Of a DNA stretch of 64,000 bases, positions 46,157 through 55,025 are shown in pieces. Below the pieces are notes generated by a model, which worked only from the letters and a program-made list of their open reading frames with translations, made no database searches and was not told the DNA's origin. This DNA is from Selenomonas sp. (GTDB lineage: Bacteria > Bacillota > Negativicutes > Selenomonadales > Selenomonadaceae). Both the position numbers and the translations under genes were made by a program. Numbering within the stretch: the first letter of the stretch is position 1; each line of letters starts with the position of its first letter. The stretch lies in NCBI RefSeq assembly GCF_022773585.1, contig NZ_JALEZZ010000021.1, one strand, 5' to 3'.

Positions 46157-47218
46157 TCAGCCTTTATCAATGGAGTGGATGATGATGTCGGTGATGATTT
46201 TTGTCCAGTTGACGCCGCCATTTCCGCCTTGATTGCCGCCATCGCCGCGGTCGTCCTGCGGGGGCTGCTGGGGCTCGGGCGGCTTTGGCCTTTTCGCTTC
46301 ATCCGCCGCACGGCGCGCTTTGATGAGGTCGTCACGGATGGCCTCATCTTTCCGGCCGCTCGCGGCGTAGGCCGCTTCAAGTTCTTCCACGGCTTCATCG
46401 TAACGCCGCCAGTCGTAGTAGATGAGGCCGCGATACTGCTTTGCGCGCCAGATGGGATACGTGTCGTCGTGCTGCGTACGCTCTGCGGCATTGAAATCAT
46501 CGAGCGCCTCGCTCATGCGGTTGAGGCCATAATAGGCACGGCCGCGCAGGTAATGTGCATAAGCGAGTGGATTGCCCGCGGCGTCGCGGTCATCGACGAT
46601 CGGGCCGACCGTCTGGATGACCTTCGTATATGCGCCGCGCTGGATTTCCTGCATGGCTTCATCAAAAATCTTCGTCTGATCATAGTTCGTTTCGAGCTGC
46701 GTGCCAATCTTCTTCTTTTCGCTTCCCTGCGCCTTCTCGTATTTTTCGAGCAACTCTTCATTCTGCTTCTTGAGCGCGTCACGCTCCTGCTGGAGCTTCT
46801 CGAGCTCGGCTTTGTTCTTCATCATCTCCTGGAGGTTGATCTGATCCGTATCGACCTCGGCCGTGAGATTGACCGTATATTTGAGCGTGCTGCCCTTGAG
46901 CTCGGGGATGGCCTCTTCCTTCGTGACCTTCAGGACGGCACCCGAAATCGTGCGGACTTCATCCTCCGTGAGCTGCATGTTCTGCGTCTTCGAATAACTC
47001 TCGACATAGACGCCGGCCTTCTCGACTGCCACGCGCATGGCCTCCTGCCGCGCGGCATCGCGCGCGATTTTCGGCGAGTCGTTGTCGCCCATGACGTAGA
47101 CGCCCGTCGCCTCGATGGTCTGCACGGCTGCCTCGCAGGCGGCCGAGAGCGCCGTCAGCACCACGAACGCCGCCGCGAGTACGCAGGCTGCGAATCCTTT
47201 CTTTCCCGAAATCTGCAT
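46157..47218 (-). CDS. Secreted protein: LPP20/FlgO-like N-terminal domain, coiled-coil, TPR-like repeats, Gly/Pro-rich tail
   Basis: Signal peptide, then ...ARDAARQEAMRVAVEKAGVYVESYS... (LPP20-like), a KNKAELEKLQQERDALKKQNEELLEKYEK coil, and ...AHYLRGRAYYGLNRMSEALDDF... TPR-like helices. Confidence 0.45.
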   Translation of the reverse strand: MQISGKKGFAACVLAAAFVVLTALSAACEAAVQTIEATGVYVMGDNDSPKIARDAARQEAMRVAVEKAGVYVESYSKTQNMQLTEDEVRTISGAVLKVTKEEAIPELKGSTLKYTVNLTAEVDTDQINLQEMMKNKAELEKLQQERDALKKQNEELLEKYEKAQGSEKKKIGTQLETNYDQTKIFDEAMQEIQRGAYTKVIQTVGPIVDDRDAAGNPLAYAHYLRGRAYYGLNRMSEALDDFNAAERTQHDDTYPIWRAKQYRGLIYYDWRRYDEAVEELEAAYAASGRKDEAIRDDLIKARRAADEAKRPKPPEPQQPPQDDRGDGGNQGGNGGVNWTKIITDIIIHSIDKG

Positions 47219-47313
47219 CGTCCGTTCCCCCTTTTCTCCTTATTATAGAGGATATGCACGGAGAACTCCATGAACGTCACAAAAAATTTCTCGAAATTTT
47301 TTCAAAAAAAGTG

Positions 47314-47342
47314 TTGACAGAGGGCTTCAAAACCAGTATACT
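47314..47342 (+). promoter_or_regulatory. Near-consensus sigma-70 promoter for the tRNA-Thr pair
   Basis: TTGACA (47314-47319) - 17 nt - TATACT (47337-47342), preceded by an A/T-rich UP-like tract. Confidence 0.75.
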
Positions 47343-47401
47343 ATCACTTGTCAGTTGCGAGACACGAAAGCGAAAGCCAAGAGAAAAGCAACGAAGACAA
47401 T

Positions 47402-47477
47402 GCTGATTTAGCTCAGTTGGTAGAGCAGCTCATTCGTAATGAGCAGGTCGTAGGTTCAAGTCCTATAATCAGCTCCA
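47402..47477 (+). tRNA. tRNA-Thr (anticodon CGT)
   Basis: Manual cloverleaf: acceptor GCTGATT/AATCAGC, D-arm GCTC-AGTTGGTA-GAGC, anticodon arm GCTCA-TTCGTAA-TGAGC, T-arm GTAGG-TTCAAGT-CCTAT, encoded CCA. Confidence 0.9.
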
Positions 47478-47483
47478 TATTTT

Positions 47484-47559
47484 GCTGATTTAGCTCAGTT
47501 GGTAGAGCAGCTCATTCGTAATGAGCAGGTCGTAGGTTCAAGTCCTATAATCAGCTCCA
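47484..47559 (+). tRNA. tRNA-Thr (anticodon CGT), identical tandem copy
   Basis: Sequence identical to 47402-47477, with a 6-nt spacer. Confidence 0.9.
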
Positions 47560-47570
47560 TTGGAAGCACG

Positions 47571-47600
47571 AGCGATTGCAGATTTGCAATCGCTTTTTTG
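47571..47600 (+). terminator. Intrinsic terminator after the tRNA pair
   Basis: AGCGATTGCA - GATT - TGCAATCGCT TTTTT. Confidence 0.85.
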
Positions 47601-47768
47601 TTATCCCGATTTTGCTCCACTTTTGAGGGAAGATGTTTGGGATGGCAGGACTGCTGCCATATTGAGGATTGGCATAGAATATGTTAAAATAGGACTTAGC
47701 TATTAAGAGAAGGCTCCATTTGCCTTTTCGTCCCCCCCCGGACCATCCTGACAGAAAGAAGGCGCACC

Positions 47769-49037
47769 ATGTCGTCGCTGCATGTGCTGATCATCGACAA
47801 TTCCATCCCCCATCGCAAAATCATGATGCGCTCGATGCAGGATGCACTCGGCTACCTTGCGGACGGCGGCTGCGTCGAGATGGTGTCGAATACCGCAGAA
47901 GTCACGGAAAAACTCCAGACGTTCCATCCTCATGCCATCATCGTCAATTTCGCCATGTCAATCATCCGCGTCCACGGCGAGCGGCTCGTCCCGTGGCTCG
48001 TGCGCACATCCGGCGTTCCCATCATCGCCTACGGCCTCAGCGAAGTCCTGCGCCCTACGGCAATGTCGGCCGGTGCCGAAGCATTCTTCCTGCGTCCGAC
48101 GACGGACGCGGACTGGCCGCCATTCTGCAGTAAAGTCGTACGCTTCCTCTATCGGCTCGTCTTCCTGCCGGAGCCTCTGATCAACGAAGAGGCCACCAAG
48201 GCAAAAGAGCCTCCTGCCCCTGCACAGCCGTCCTCTCCGGCGCATCGCATCGACCTGCCGAAACCGCCCGTGACGACCTCCTCCTTCGGCATCCAGATGC
48301 CGAAGCCATCCACGCCGAAAAAAGTATCCGCAGAGCCGCCGAAGGGCCAGAATTCCCAAGCCGAGCAGCACTTCGCAGCACTCGCTCGGCAAGCCGCGAT
48401 GCAGCACGCGACAGCCATCCACGAAATACCGCATGTCACGCTCCCTGCCGCCATCCAGCCCGCGCCGAAAATCGACCTCATCGCCATCGGCGCTTCGACG
48501 GGCGGCACGGACGCTATTGCCGACGTCATGCACGGCCTCACGCCGCCGCTGCCGCCCATCGTCATCGTCCAGCACATCCCGTCGTACTTCTCGCGCCTCT
48601 TCGCCATCCGGCTCAACGAGGAATGTGCCATCGACATCGAGGAAGCCAGCGACGACGAGCCCATCTATCCGAACCACGCCTACATCGCCCCCGGCGGCCT
48701 GCACATGACCGTCGCGCGCGAGGGCGGCCACATGGTCGTGCGCTGCCAGCCGGGCCCGAAAGTCCACAGTGTCTGCCCCTCCGTCGATGTGCTCTTCGAC
48801 TCCGTCGCGAAGCTCGTCCCCGGCACGGCGCTCGGCGTCATCCTCACGGGCATGGGCAAAGATGGGGCCGAGGGCCTGCTGCACATGAAGCAGGCGGGCT
48901 CGCTGACACTCGGACAGGACGAGAAGACCTGCGTCGTTTACGGCATGCCGCGCGTCGCCTATGAGTGCGGCGCCGTCGCGCACCAGCTGCCGCTCCCCCA
49001 CATCGCCCCGGCCATCCTCAAAGTCGTCGGACGTTAA
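47769..49037 (+). CDS. CheB-type methylesterase/deamidase with a degenerate (pseudo-)receiver domain and a long Pro-rich linker
   Basis: C-terminal domain: IGASTGGTDA (Ser), IVIVQHIPSYF (His), LTGMGKDGAEG (Asp). N-terminal REC-like fold has LIIDNS and IIVNFAMS where the acidic pocket and phospho-Asp are expected. Confidence 0.8.
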   Translation: MSSLHVLIIDNSIPHRKIMMRSMQDALGYLADGGCVEMVSNTAEVTEKLQTFHPHAIIVNFAMSIIRVHGERLVPWLVRTSGVPIIAYGLSEVLRPTAMSAGAEAFFLRPTTDADWPPFCSKVVRFLYRLVFLPEPLINEEATKAKEPPAPAQPSSPAHRIDLPKPPVTTSSFGIQMPKPSTPKKVSAEPPKGQNSQAEQHFAALARQAAMQHATAIHEIPHVTLPAAIQPAPKIDLIAIGASTGGTDAIADVMHGLTPPLPPIVIVQHIPSYFSRLFAIRLNEECAIDIEEASDDEPIYPNHAYIAPGGLHMTVAREGGHMVVRCQPGPKVHSVCPSVDVLFDSVAKLVPGTALGVILTGMGKDGAEGLLHMKQAGSLTLGQDEKTCVVYGMPRVAYECGAVAHQLPLPHIAPAILKVVGR

Positions 49038-49062
49038 GAACAAAATAACTTGCATTATGCAG

Positions 49063-49101
49063 AAAACTCCTTCTTTCGAGAAGGAGTTTTCTTTCTTTTT
49101 G
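49063..49101 (+). terminator. Intrinsic terminator after the CheB-like gene
   Basis: AAAACTCCTTC - TTTCGA - GAAGGAGTTTT CTTTCTTTTT. Confidence 0.85.
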
Positions 49102-49183
49102 TCGAAAGGTCAAAGAGAAGCCGGAAACACACGACTTTTTTCATCATCCATCGCAACACGGATTCGCAGAAAGAAGGAGTTCC

Positions 49184-50362
49184 ATGATTTTCAAACAGTT
49201 GATGGACAGTTTCCTCATCCACTATCTCGGACGCTTCGACAAATTCCCGTTCAACGTCGAGATGCACGGCGACACCTACCAGATCGGCGAAGGCGAACCG
49301 GAATTCACCATCCAGGTCAACAAGGACATCCCGAAGAAGGACCTCATGGCCTCGACATCCCTCGCACTCGCCGAAGCCTACATGCGCCACGATATCGAAA
49401 TCAAGGACGGCGACCTTTTCAACGTCATCGCGCACCTCCTGGAGCAGTCCGACCGCCTCTCGCTCGACAAGAGCGCACTCAAGGGACTGTTCTCGTTCTC
49501 GGAAAAGAAGCGCGACCAGCAGCGTCAGGTCTCGAGCCATTATGACCTCGGCAATGACTTCTACGAGCTCTGGCTCGACCCGACGCTGAGCTATTCGTGC
49601 GCTTATTTCAAAGACGACAGCATGACGCTCGAGCAGGCACAGAAAGCAAAAGTCGACCGCACGCTCGACAAGCTGTACCTCAAGCCAGGCATGAGCCTGC
49701 TCGACATCGGCTGCGGCTGGGGGTATCTGCTCATCGAGGCCGCGAAGAAATACGGCGTCAAGGGCTACGGCTGCACGCTCAGCAAAGAGCAGTGGAAGAT
49801 GGGCCAGGAGCGCATCGAAAAGCTCGGCCTCCAGGACCAGGTCACAATCGACCTCATCGACTACCGCGACCTGCCCGACAAGAACCTCTCGTTTGACCGC
49901 ATCGTCAGCGTCGGCATGATGGAGCACGTCGGCCGCCAGAACTACCAGACGTACATGGAGACTGCCAATGCCCTGCTCAAGGACGGCGGCCTCTTTTTGC
50001 TGCATTCCATCACGGGCAACGACGAAGAGATGAGCGATTCCTTCATGCGCAAGTACATCTTCCCGGGCGGCGTTCTGCCGTCGCTCCGCGAGCTCGTCTC
50101 CATCGCCTACGACCACGAATTCCGCGTGCAGGACGTCGAAAGCCTGCGCCGCCACTACTACAAGACGCTCATGTGCTGGTACCACAATTTCCAGGCCGTC
50201 CATGACAAAGTCGAAGCCAAGCGCGGCGACGAGTTCGTCCGCATGTGGGACATCTACCTCTGCGGCTGCGCCGCCGCATTCTGGATCGGCTACATCGACA
50301 TCCACCAGATCCTCATGACGAAAGGCATCAACAACGAACTGCCGATGACGCGCTGGTACTGA
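49184..50362 (+). CDS. cfa: Cyclopropane-fatty-acyl-phospholipid synthase
   Basis: ...SSHYDLGNDFYELWLDPTLSYSCAYF...LLDIGCGWGYL...MMEHVG... Confidence 0.9.
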   Translation: MIFKQLMDSFLIHYLGRFDKFPFNVEMHGDTYQIGEGEPEFTIQVNKDIPKKDLMASTSLALAEAYMRHDIEIKDGDLFNVIAHLLEQSDRLSLDKSALKGLFSFSEKKRDQQRQVSSHYDLGNDFYELWLDPTLSYSCAYFKDDSMTLEQAQKAKVDRTLDKLYLKPGMSLLDIGCGWGYLLIEAAKKYGVKGYGCTLSKEQWKMGQERIEKLGLQDQVTIDLIDYRDLPDKNLSFDRIVSVGMMEHVGRQNYQTYMETANALLKDGGLFLLHSITGNDEEMSDSFMRKYIFPGGVLPSLRELVSIAYDHEFRVQDVESLRRHYYKTLMCWYHNFQAVHDKVEAKRGDEFVRMWDIYLCGCAAAFWIGYIDIHQILMTKGINNELPMTRWY

Positions 50363-50389
50363 TTCGCGTCCCTCGGACTCCCGGACAAA

Positions 50390-50426
50390 GAAGGGCCGCT
50401 GCATCTCGCTGATGCAGCGGCCCTTC
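50390..50426. terminator. Bidirectional terminator between convergent cfa and exbB
   Basis: 16-bp perfect stem GAAGGGCCGCTGCATC / GATGCAGCGGCCCTTC. Confidence 0.8.
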
Positions 50427-50456
50427 TGACGTTTTGACGTCAATATGAAATTTCTC

Positions 50457-51074
50457 TCACGCGTTTTCCCCAGCAAAATCATCGGTATGGCTTTCGACCA
50501 AGGAACAGCATTCCTCCATATCCGTCAGGATGCGGTCAACGCGCTGCGTGAAGTACGCATGGACGACGAGCGCGAGGATGGCGACGCAGAGACCAAACGC
50601 TGTCGCGACGAGCGCCTCGCCGACGCCGCCCGTGATGGCCGATGCCTGCGACGTCTGCACATTGAAGACACTGAACGCCGAAATCATGCCGCTGATCGTA
50701 CCGAGCAGGCCGAGGAGCGGCGCCATCGTGACGATAACGGAAAGGTAATAGAGCCGTGCGCGCAGGCGCGAGAGCACGAGTCCCGACTGGATTTCGAGAT
50801 ACGCATGCACGCCGTGCCCGCGGCCTGCCGCCTCTGTGAGGAGCGCAGGGAGAGCACCTTCTGCCTCCTTCGCGAGGCGCAGGGCCCCATCCCAATCCGC
50901 GTGCCCTGCCATCTCGGCAAACGCTTCGGCAAATGCGCGACCGGCATCCATCCGGTGGAAATACTGCCACCGCTCGATGCCCGTCGCGACGACAAACAGC
51001 GAGCAGAGCAGCAGCACATACATGATGAAGCCGCCCTTCTGGAACAGTTCGACGCCTGCCATGATGTTTTCCAT
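50457..51074 (-). CDS. exbB: MotA/TolQ/ExbB proton-channel family protein
   Basis: 205 aa, 3 TM segments, ...APLLGLLGTISGMISAF... Confidence 0.85.
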   Translation of the reverse strand: MENIMAGVELFQKGGFIMYVLLLCSLFVVATGIERWQYFHRMDAGRAFAEAFAEMAGHADWDGALRLAKEAEGALPALLTEAAGRGHGVHAYLEIQSGLVLSRLRARLYYLSVIVTMAPLLGLLGTISGMISAFSVFNVQTSQASAITGGVGEALVATAFGLCVAILALVVHAYFTQRVDRILTDMEECCSLVESHTDDFAGENA

Positions 51075-51092
51075 GAAAGCCTCCTGTCAAAT

Positions 51093-52118
51093 TCAATCCA
51101 TCTTCTGCGTCTCGCGGCGCAAGAGATAAAGGAAATACGGCGTGCCGATGAACGCCGTCATGATGCCGACGCGAATCTCCGCTCCCGGCATGAGGATGCG
51201 GCCGGCTGCATCGCAAAGCACAAGGAACGCGCCGCCCGCGAGCAGGCTCGCTGGCAGGAGCAGCCGGTGGCCCGGCCCGAGAATCATGCGCATCATGTGC
51301 GGCACGACGAGGCCGACAAATCCGATGTTGCCGCTGACGCAGACGCCGGTCGCCGTCGTGAGCGCGGCAAGCGCGAGGAACATCATGCGGTAGCGCGTCA
51401 CGGGCATGCCGACCGCGCGCGCCTCATCATCTCCGATTGCCAGCACGTCGAGATGGCGCGCCAGCAGCAGCATGATGACCGTGCTCACGCCCATCGGGCC
51501 GATGGCCAGGAATACATGATCCCAGCGCCGATAATCGAGCCCGCCGATCGTCCAGAAAAGATACGCCTGCATCTTGCTCTCATTGAGTGCCGTCAGGACG
51601 GCTGCCGTGACGGCCGAAAGGAACATGCCGACGACGACGCCCGAGAGCAGCAGCGTCAGCACAGGCACGCGGCCATGACGCATGGCAAGCGAGACAGTCA
51701 GGCCGACGGCAAGCAATGCGCCAATGAGCGCACAGACTGGCAGCGCATAGAGGCTCACGCCCGTAAGCCCCGCCGCAATCGCGAGAATCGCGCCGACCGA
51801 CGCGCCGCTCGAGACGCCGATGATGCCCGGATCTGCGAGAGGATTCGCGAAGATGCCCTGGAGCACCGCGCCTGAAATGGCGAGTCCTGCGCCGACCATG
51901 AGACCGATGATCGTGCGCGGCAAACGAATCTGCCAGAGCACGGCATCCTCGTCAGCTGGTACGGTGATCCCCTCGAAAAACGGCAAGTCCATGCCCCGCG
52001 CAAGCGAAGCAAGCACGTGATGGAACGGGATGTCCATCTGCCCCCACGCAAGCGAGAGCACGGCAGCGAGGGCGAGCAGCAGGCAAAGGACGGCAAAAAT
52101 ACCGCTGCGGCGCAACAT
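51093..52118 (-). CDS. FecCD-family iron-chelate/cobalamin ABC transporter permease
   Basis: ATG at 52118 after AAGGAAGG. ...LWQIRLPRTIIGLMVGAGLAISGAVLQGIFANPLADPGIIGVSSGA... Confidence 0.9.
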   Translation of the reverse strand: MLRRSGIFAVLCLLLALAAVLSLAWGQMDIPFHHVLASLARGMDLPFFEGITVPADEDAVLWQIRLPRTIIGLMVGAGLAISGAVLQGIFANPLADPGIIGVSSGASVGAILAIAAGLTGVSLYALPVCALIGALLAVGLTVSLAMRHGRVPVLTLLLSGVVVGMFLSAVTAAVLTALNESKMQAYLFWTIGGLDYRRWDHVFLAIGPMGVSTVIMLLLARHLDVLAIGDDEARAVGMPVTRYRMMFLALAALTTATGVCVSGNIGFVGLVVPHMMRMILGPGHRLLLPASLLAGGAFLVLCDAAGRILMPGAEIRVGIMTAFIGTPYFLYLLRRETQKMD

Positions 52119-52156
52119 GCAATTGCCTTCCTTTGATGAAAAAATCGATAACAACG

Positions 52157-53074
52157 TCACGACCTGCCTCCGACACACCCACCACCGCTTCGCGGTCCCC
52201 CTCCCTCGAAGAGGGAGGCTGAAGATTGAGAGCCCAGCAAAAGCTTCAAGAGCTCCTGATGATCCGGCCGCGCAGGCCCCGGCTCGACGTAGATGTCATA
52301 ATGGCCGGTCTGCGGAACCTCCTCGACAGCAATCGGCGCACCATAAGCCGCACTGAGCCGCTCCGGCGTCAGCACGTCGCGCGGCATGCCATCTGCGAGG
52401 AGCCCGCCACCGCCAAAGAGCAGCAGCCGCGAGCAGAACCGCGCCGCAAGGCCGAGCTCGTGCACGACCATGAGCACCGTGCGTCCGGCCGCGCAGAGCT
52501 CCTGGCAGAAGCGGAACAGTTCTTCCTGATAGATGATGTCGAGGCCCGTCGCAGGTTCGTCAAGCAAGAGGAGCGGCGTCTGCTGCGCGAGGACTTTCGC
52601 AAAAAGCGCCCGCTGGCGCTGGCCGCCCGAGAGCTCGCGCATCGGCCGGCCAGCCATCGCCTCCATGCCGACGAACGCGAGGCTCGCCTGCACGATGGCT
52701 GCATCTTCCGCGCCCTCGCGCTGCCACCAGGCAAGATAGGGATACCGCCCCATCCGGACGATGTCCCGCACCGTGTAGGCAAACGGGATGGAGGATTGCT
52801 GCGCGAGATAGCCCGCCTGTTGTGCAAACGCGCGCGGCGAAAACGCATGGATGTCCTGCCCGAAAATCCAGACCATACCGCCGAGCGCAGGCTGAATCCC
52901 GCGCAGCGTCTTCAGGAGTGTGCTCTTTCCCGCGCCATTCGCCCCGAGGAACCCGACGAGCTCGCCGGGATGGATGGCAAAGGAAACATCCTCAAGCACT
53001 GTGCGGCCCTCATAGCCGGCCGAGAGATGCTCCGCCTGCAAGACCGTTTCATTCGTTTCCGTCATCACTGGCAT
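52157..53074 (-). CDS. ABC transporter ATP-binding protein (FepC/BtuD type) with a repeat-derived C-terminal tail
   Basis: GANGAGKSTLLK, LSGGQRQR, LLLLDEP. The last ~25 codons (...SLFEGGGPRSGGGCVGGRS*) read through REP-like element 52185-52219. Confidence 0.9.
   Translation of the reverse strand: MPVMTETNETVLQAEHLSAGYEGRTVLEDVSFAIHPGELVGFLGANGAGKSTLLKTLRGIQPALGGMVWIFGQDIHAFSPRAFAQQAGYLAQQSSIPFAYTVRDIVRMGRYPYLAWWQREGAEDAAIVQASLAFVGMEAMAGRPMRELSGGQRQRALFAKVLAQQTPLLLLDEPATGLDIIYQEELFRFCQELCAAGRTVLMVVHELGLAARFCSRLLLFGGGGLLADGMPRDVLTPERLSAAYGAPIAVEEVPQTGHYDIYVEPGPARPDHQELLKLLLGSQSSASLFEGGGPRSGGGCVGGRS
52185..52219. repeat. REP-like element inside the 3' end of the ABC ATPase ORF
   Basis: CCGCTTCGCGGTCCCCCTCCCTCGAAGAGGGAGG; compare 20147-20179. 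Confidence 0.65.
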
Positions 53075-53087
53075 CGCAATCCATTCC

Positions 53088-54983
53088 TCAGAACGTATAC
53101 GTCATGCCGATCTGGAAGAAGCGGCCCGGTGCCGGATATTTCCAGCCTGCATAGCGCGAATATGCCTGATTCGTGAAGTTCAGTGCCTTTGCATAGAACG
53201 TCAGCTGATCCGTTGCCGCATAGCTCGTGTTGAAATCGAACACGGCATAGTGGTGGTCGCCATAGGACGTCTCATCGAGGCCCGAACCCATGCGGCCTTC
53301 GAGGTTCGCCTTCCACGGACCCTGATGATAGTGGAGGCCGATGCGGTAGCCGTTCGGCATGCTGTTGCCCTTGAGATAGTTCTCCGTCGATATCGCATGA
53401 GCATCATCCGTCTCCGTATGCAGATACGTGTAGCCGAGATCGTAGCTCCACTGCTCCGAAAGGCGCTGCTTCCAGCTCAGCGTGAGGCCATGCTTTTTTT
53501 CTTCATTCAGATTCAGCGATGTCCAAATCCCTGTTGAATCCGGGCCCCAGGCAATGGCATCATGCAGATCAGAATTGAAATAGCTCAGGTCAAGAGACGT
53601 CCCCGGTGTAAATACATGGCTGATGCCGATATTCTCGACATGGCCGGACTCAGGATCGAGATCCGGATTGCCTTTCATATACGCATCCGTGTAGTACATG
53701 TCATCTGCCGTCGGCGCCTTGAACACGCGTCCCCACGATGCATAGACCTTCGTATCGTGATCCGGGCGGTAGTTGATGGCGACTTTCGGCGACCAGTGCG
53801 TGCCGAACTCGCTGTGATGATCCATGCGCAGCCCCGGCACGAGCGTCCATTTGTCTGCGAGATGCATGGAATCCTGCACATAGAGCGCCGTCGTCGTGAT
53901 TTTCTTGTCCTCATAGCCCGAAACTTTGTTCGATGAATTGCTCCGATGCCACTCGGCACCTGCGACGAGCTTGTTGTTCTTGTCAAGGCGCCAGCCGTCC
54001 TGATAGTCGATGCCCTGCATGCGCGTGTTGAACTTGCCGATGAAGTCCGTCGCCTTGTAGTGATTGAAATAGCGCAGATAGCCTGGCAGCTTCGTATCTT
54101 CCTTGAAACGATATGTCACAGAGACATCGTTCATGATTTGTTGCTGATTTTTCGAATAAAACGCGCCTGCGGGGCCATAGGAACCATAGGTGTCATAGGC
54201 TGGCGAACCGCCATCTATCGTGCGATGTGCGAAGCGCAGACCGACGGACTGGTCATCCGCGAGTTCCTGACGGAGATTCAGCGATACACCATTGTTGCTG
54301 CATTCGCTGCCATCCATGCGCGTCGTATCGCCCTGCTGGTCCTTGTAGTAAAAATCGCCGCGCTTCTGGAGACCGGCCGCAATCGTCCAGCTCAAGCCGC
54401 CATCCGAGCCCTGGTTATAGAGCTCGTAGTTGTGCGACTTCCACGAGCCCGTGTTGAGATCGACCTCGGTGCGGTTTTCTTTCGCCTTCTTCGTGATGAT
54501 GTTGACGACGCCGCCGACAGCATCGCTGCCGTAGAGCGCCGAGCCCGCGCCCTTCACGACTTCGATGCGCTCGATGTCCTTGACGGACGGGATGCGCGTG
54601 AGCGTCGCGCTCGCACGGCTCATAGAGCCCTGGTCGTCATTGAGGCGCTCGCCATCGACGAGCACGACAACGCGCTCCTCGCCGTCGATACGCACGACCT
54701 GGTCGTTGCCGCTCGCGCCATTCGTCATGACAACGCCATTGACATGATTCAGTGCCTCAGCGACATCAGCATAATGATTGGCCTCGATGTCCTCCGCCGT
54801 CACGACTTCCACATCGGCCGGCGTATTCATGTTTTCCGTCGGGACACGTTCGGCTGTCACAACCGTCTCACCGAGATCGGTTGCGTCTTCTTCTGCAGCA
54901 GCGGCCGATGACGTGCCCGCCGTGCAGAACGTTCCCGCCGCCAGCGCGGACAGGATGGCAGCTGTGAGCTGTTGCTTCTTCAT
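53088..54983 (-). CDS. TonB-dependent outer-membrane receptor
   Basis: Signal peptide, plug (...GETVVTAERV...DRIEVVKGAGSALYGSDAVGGVVNIITK), 22-strand-type barrel, C-terminal ...FFQIGMTYTF. Confidence 0.9.
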   Translation of the reverse strand: MKKQQLTAAILSALAAGTFCTAGTSSAAAAEEDATDLGETVVTAERVPTENMNTPADVEVVTAEDIEANHYADVAEALNHVNGVVMTNGASGNDQVVRIDGEERVVVLVDGERLNDDQGSMSRASATLTRIPSVKDIERIEVVKGAGSALYGSDAVGGVVNIITKKAKENRTEVDLNTGSWKSHNYELYNQGSDGGLSWTIAAGLQKRGDFYYKDQQGDTTRMDGSECSNNGVSLNLRQELADDQSVGLRFAHRTIDGGSPAYDTYGSYGPAGAFYSKNQQQIMNDVSVTYRFKEDTKLPGYLRYFNHYKATDFIGKFNTRMQGIDYQDGWRLDKNNKLVAGAEWHRSNSSNKVSGYEDKKITTTALYVQDSMHLADKWTLVPGLRMDHHSEFGTHWSPKVAINYRPDHDTKVYASWGRVFKAPTADDMYYTDAYMKGNPDLDPESGHVENIGISHVFTPGTSLDLSYFNSDLHDAIAWGPDSTGIWTSLNLNEEKKHGLTLSWKQRLSEQWSYDLGYTYLHTETDDAHAISTENYLKGNSMPNGYRIGLHYHQGPWKANLEGRMGSGLDETSYGDHHYAVFDFNTSYAATDQLTFYAKALNFTNQAYSRYAGWKYPAPGRFFQIGMTYTF

Positions 54984-55025
54984 GATGATTTCCTTCCTTT
55001 CTCAGGTTCCCTAAAAGTGTCTCTA

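Noticed and set aside
47402-47600. The tandem tRNA-Thr locus as a genomic-island integration site.
   Set aside because: There is no integrase, no direct repeat of the tRNA 3' end downstream, and the flanking genes look like ordinary chromosome.
47499-47687. 62-aa ORF starting with TTG.
   Set aside because: It starts inside the second tRNA-Thr gene and runs through its terminator.
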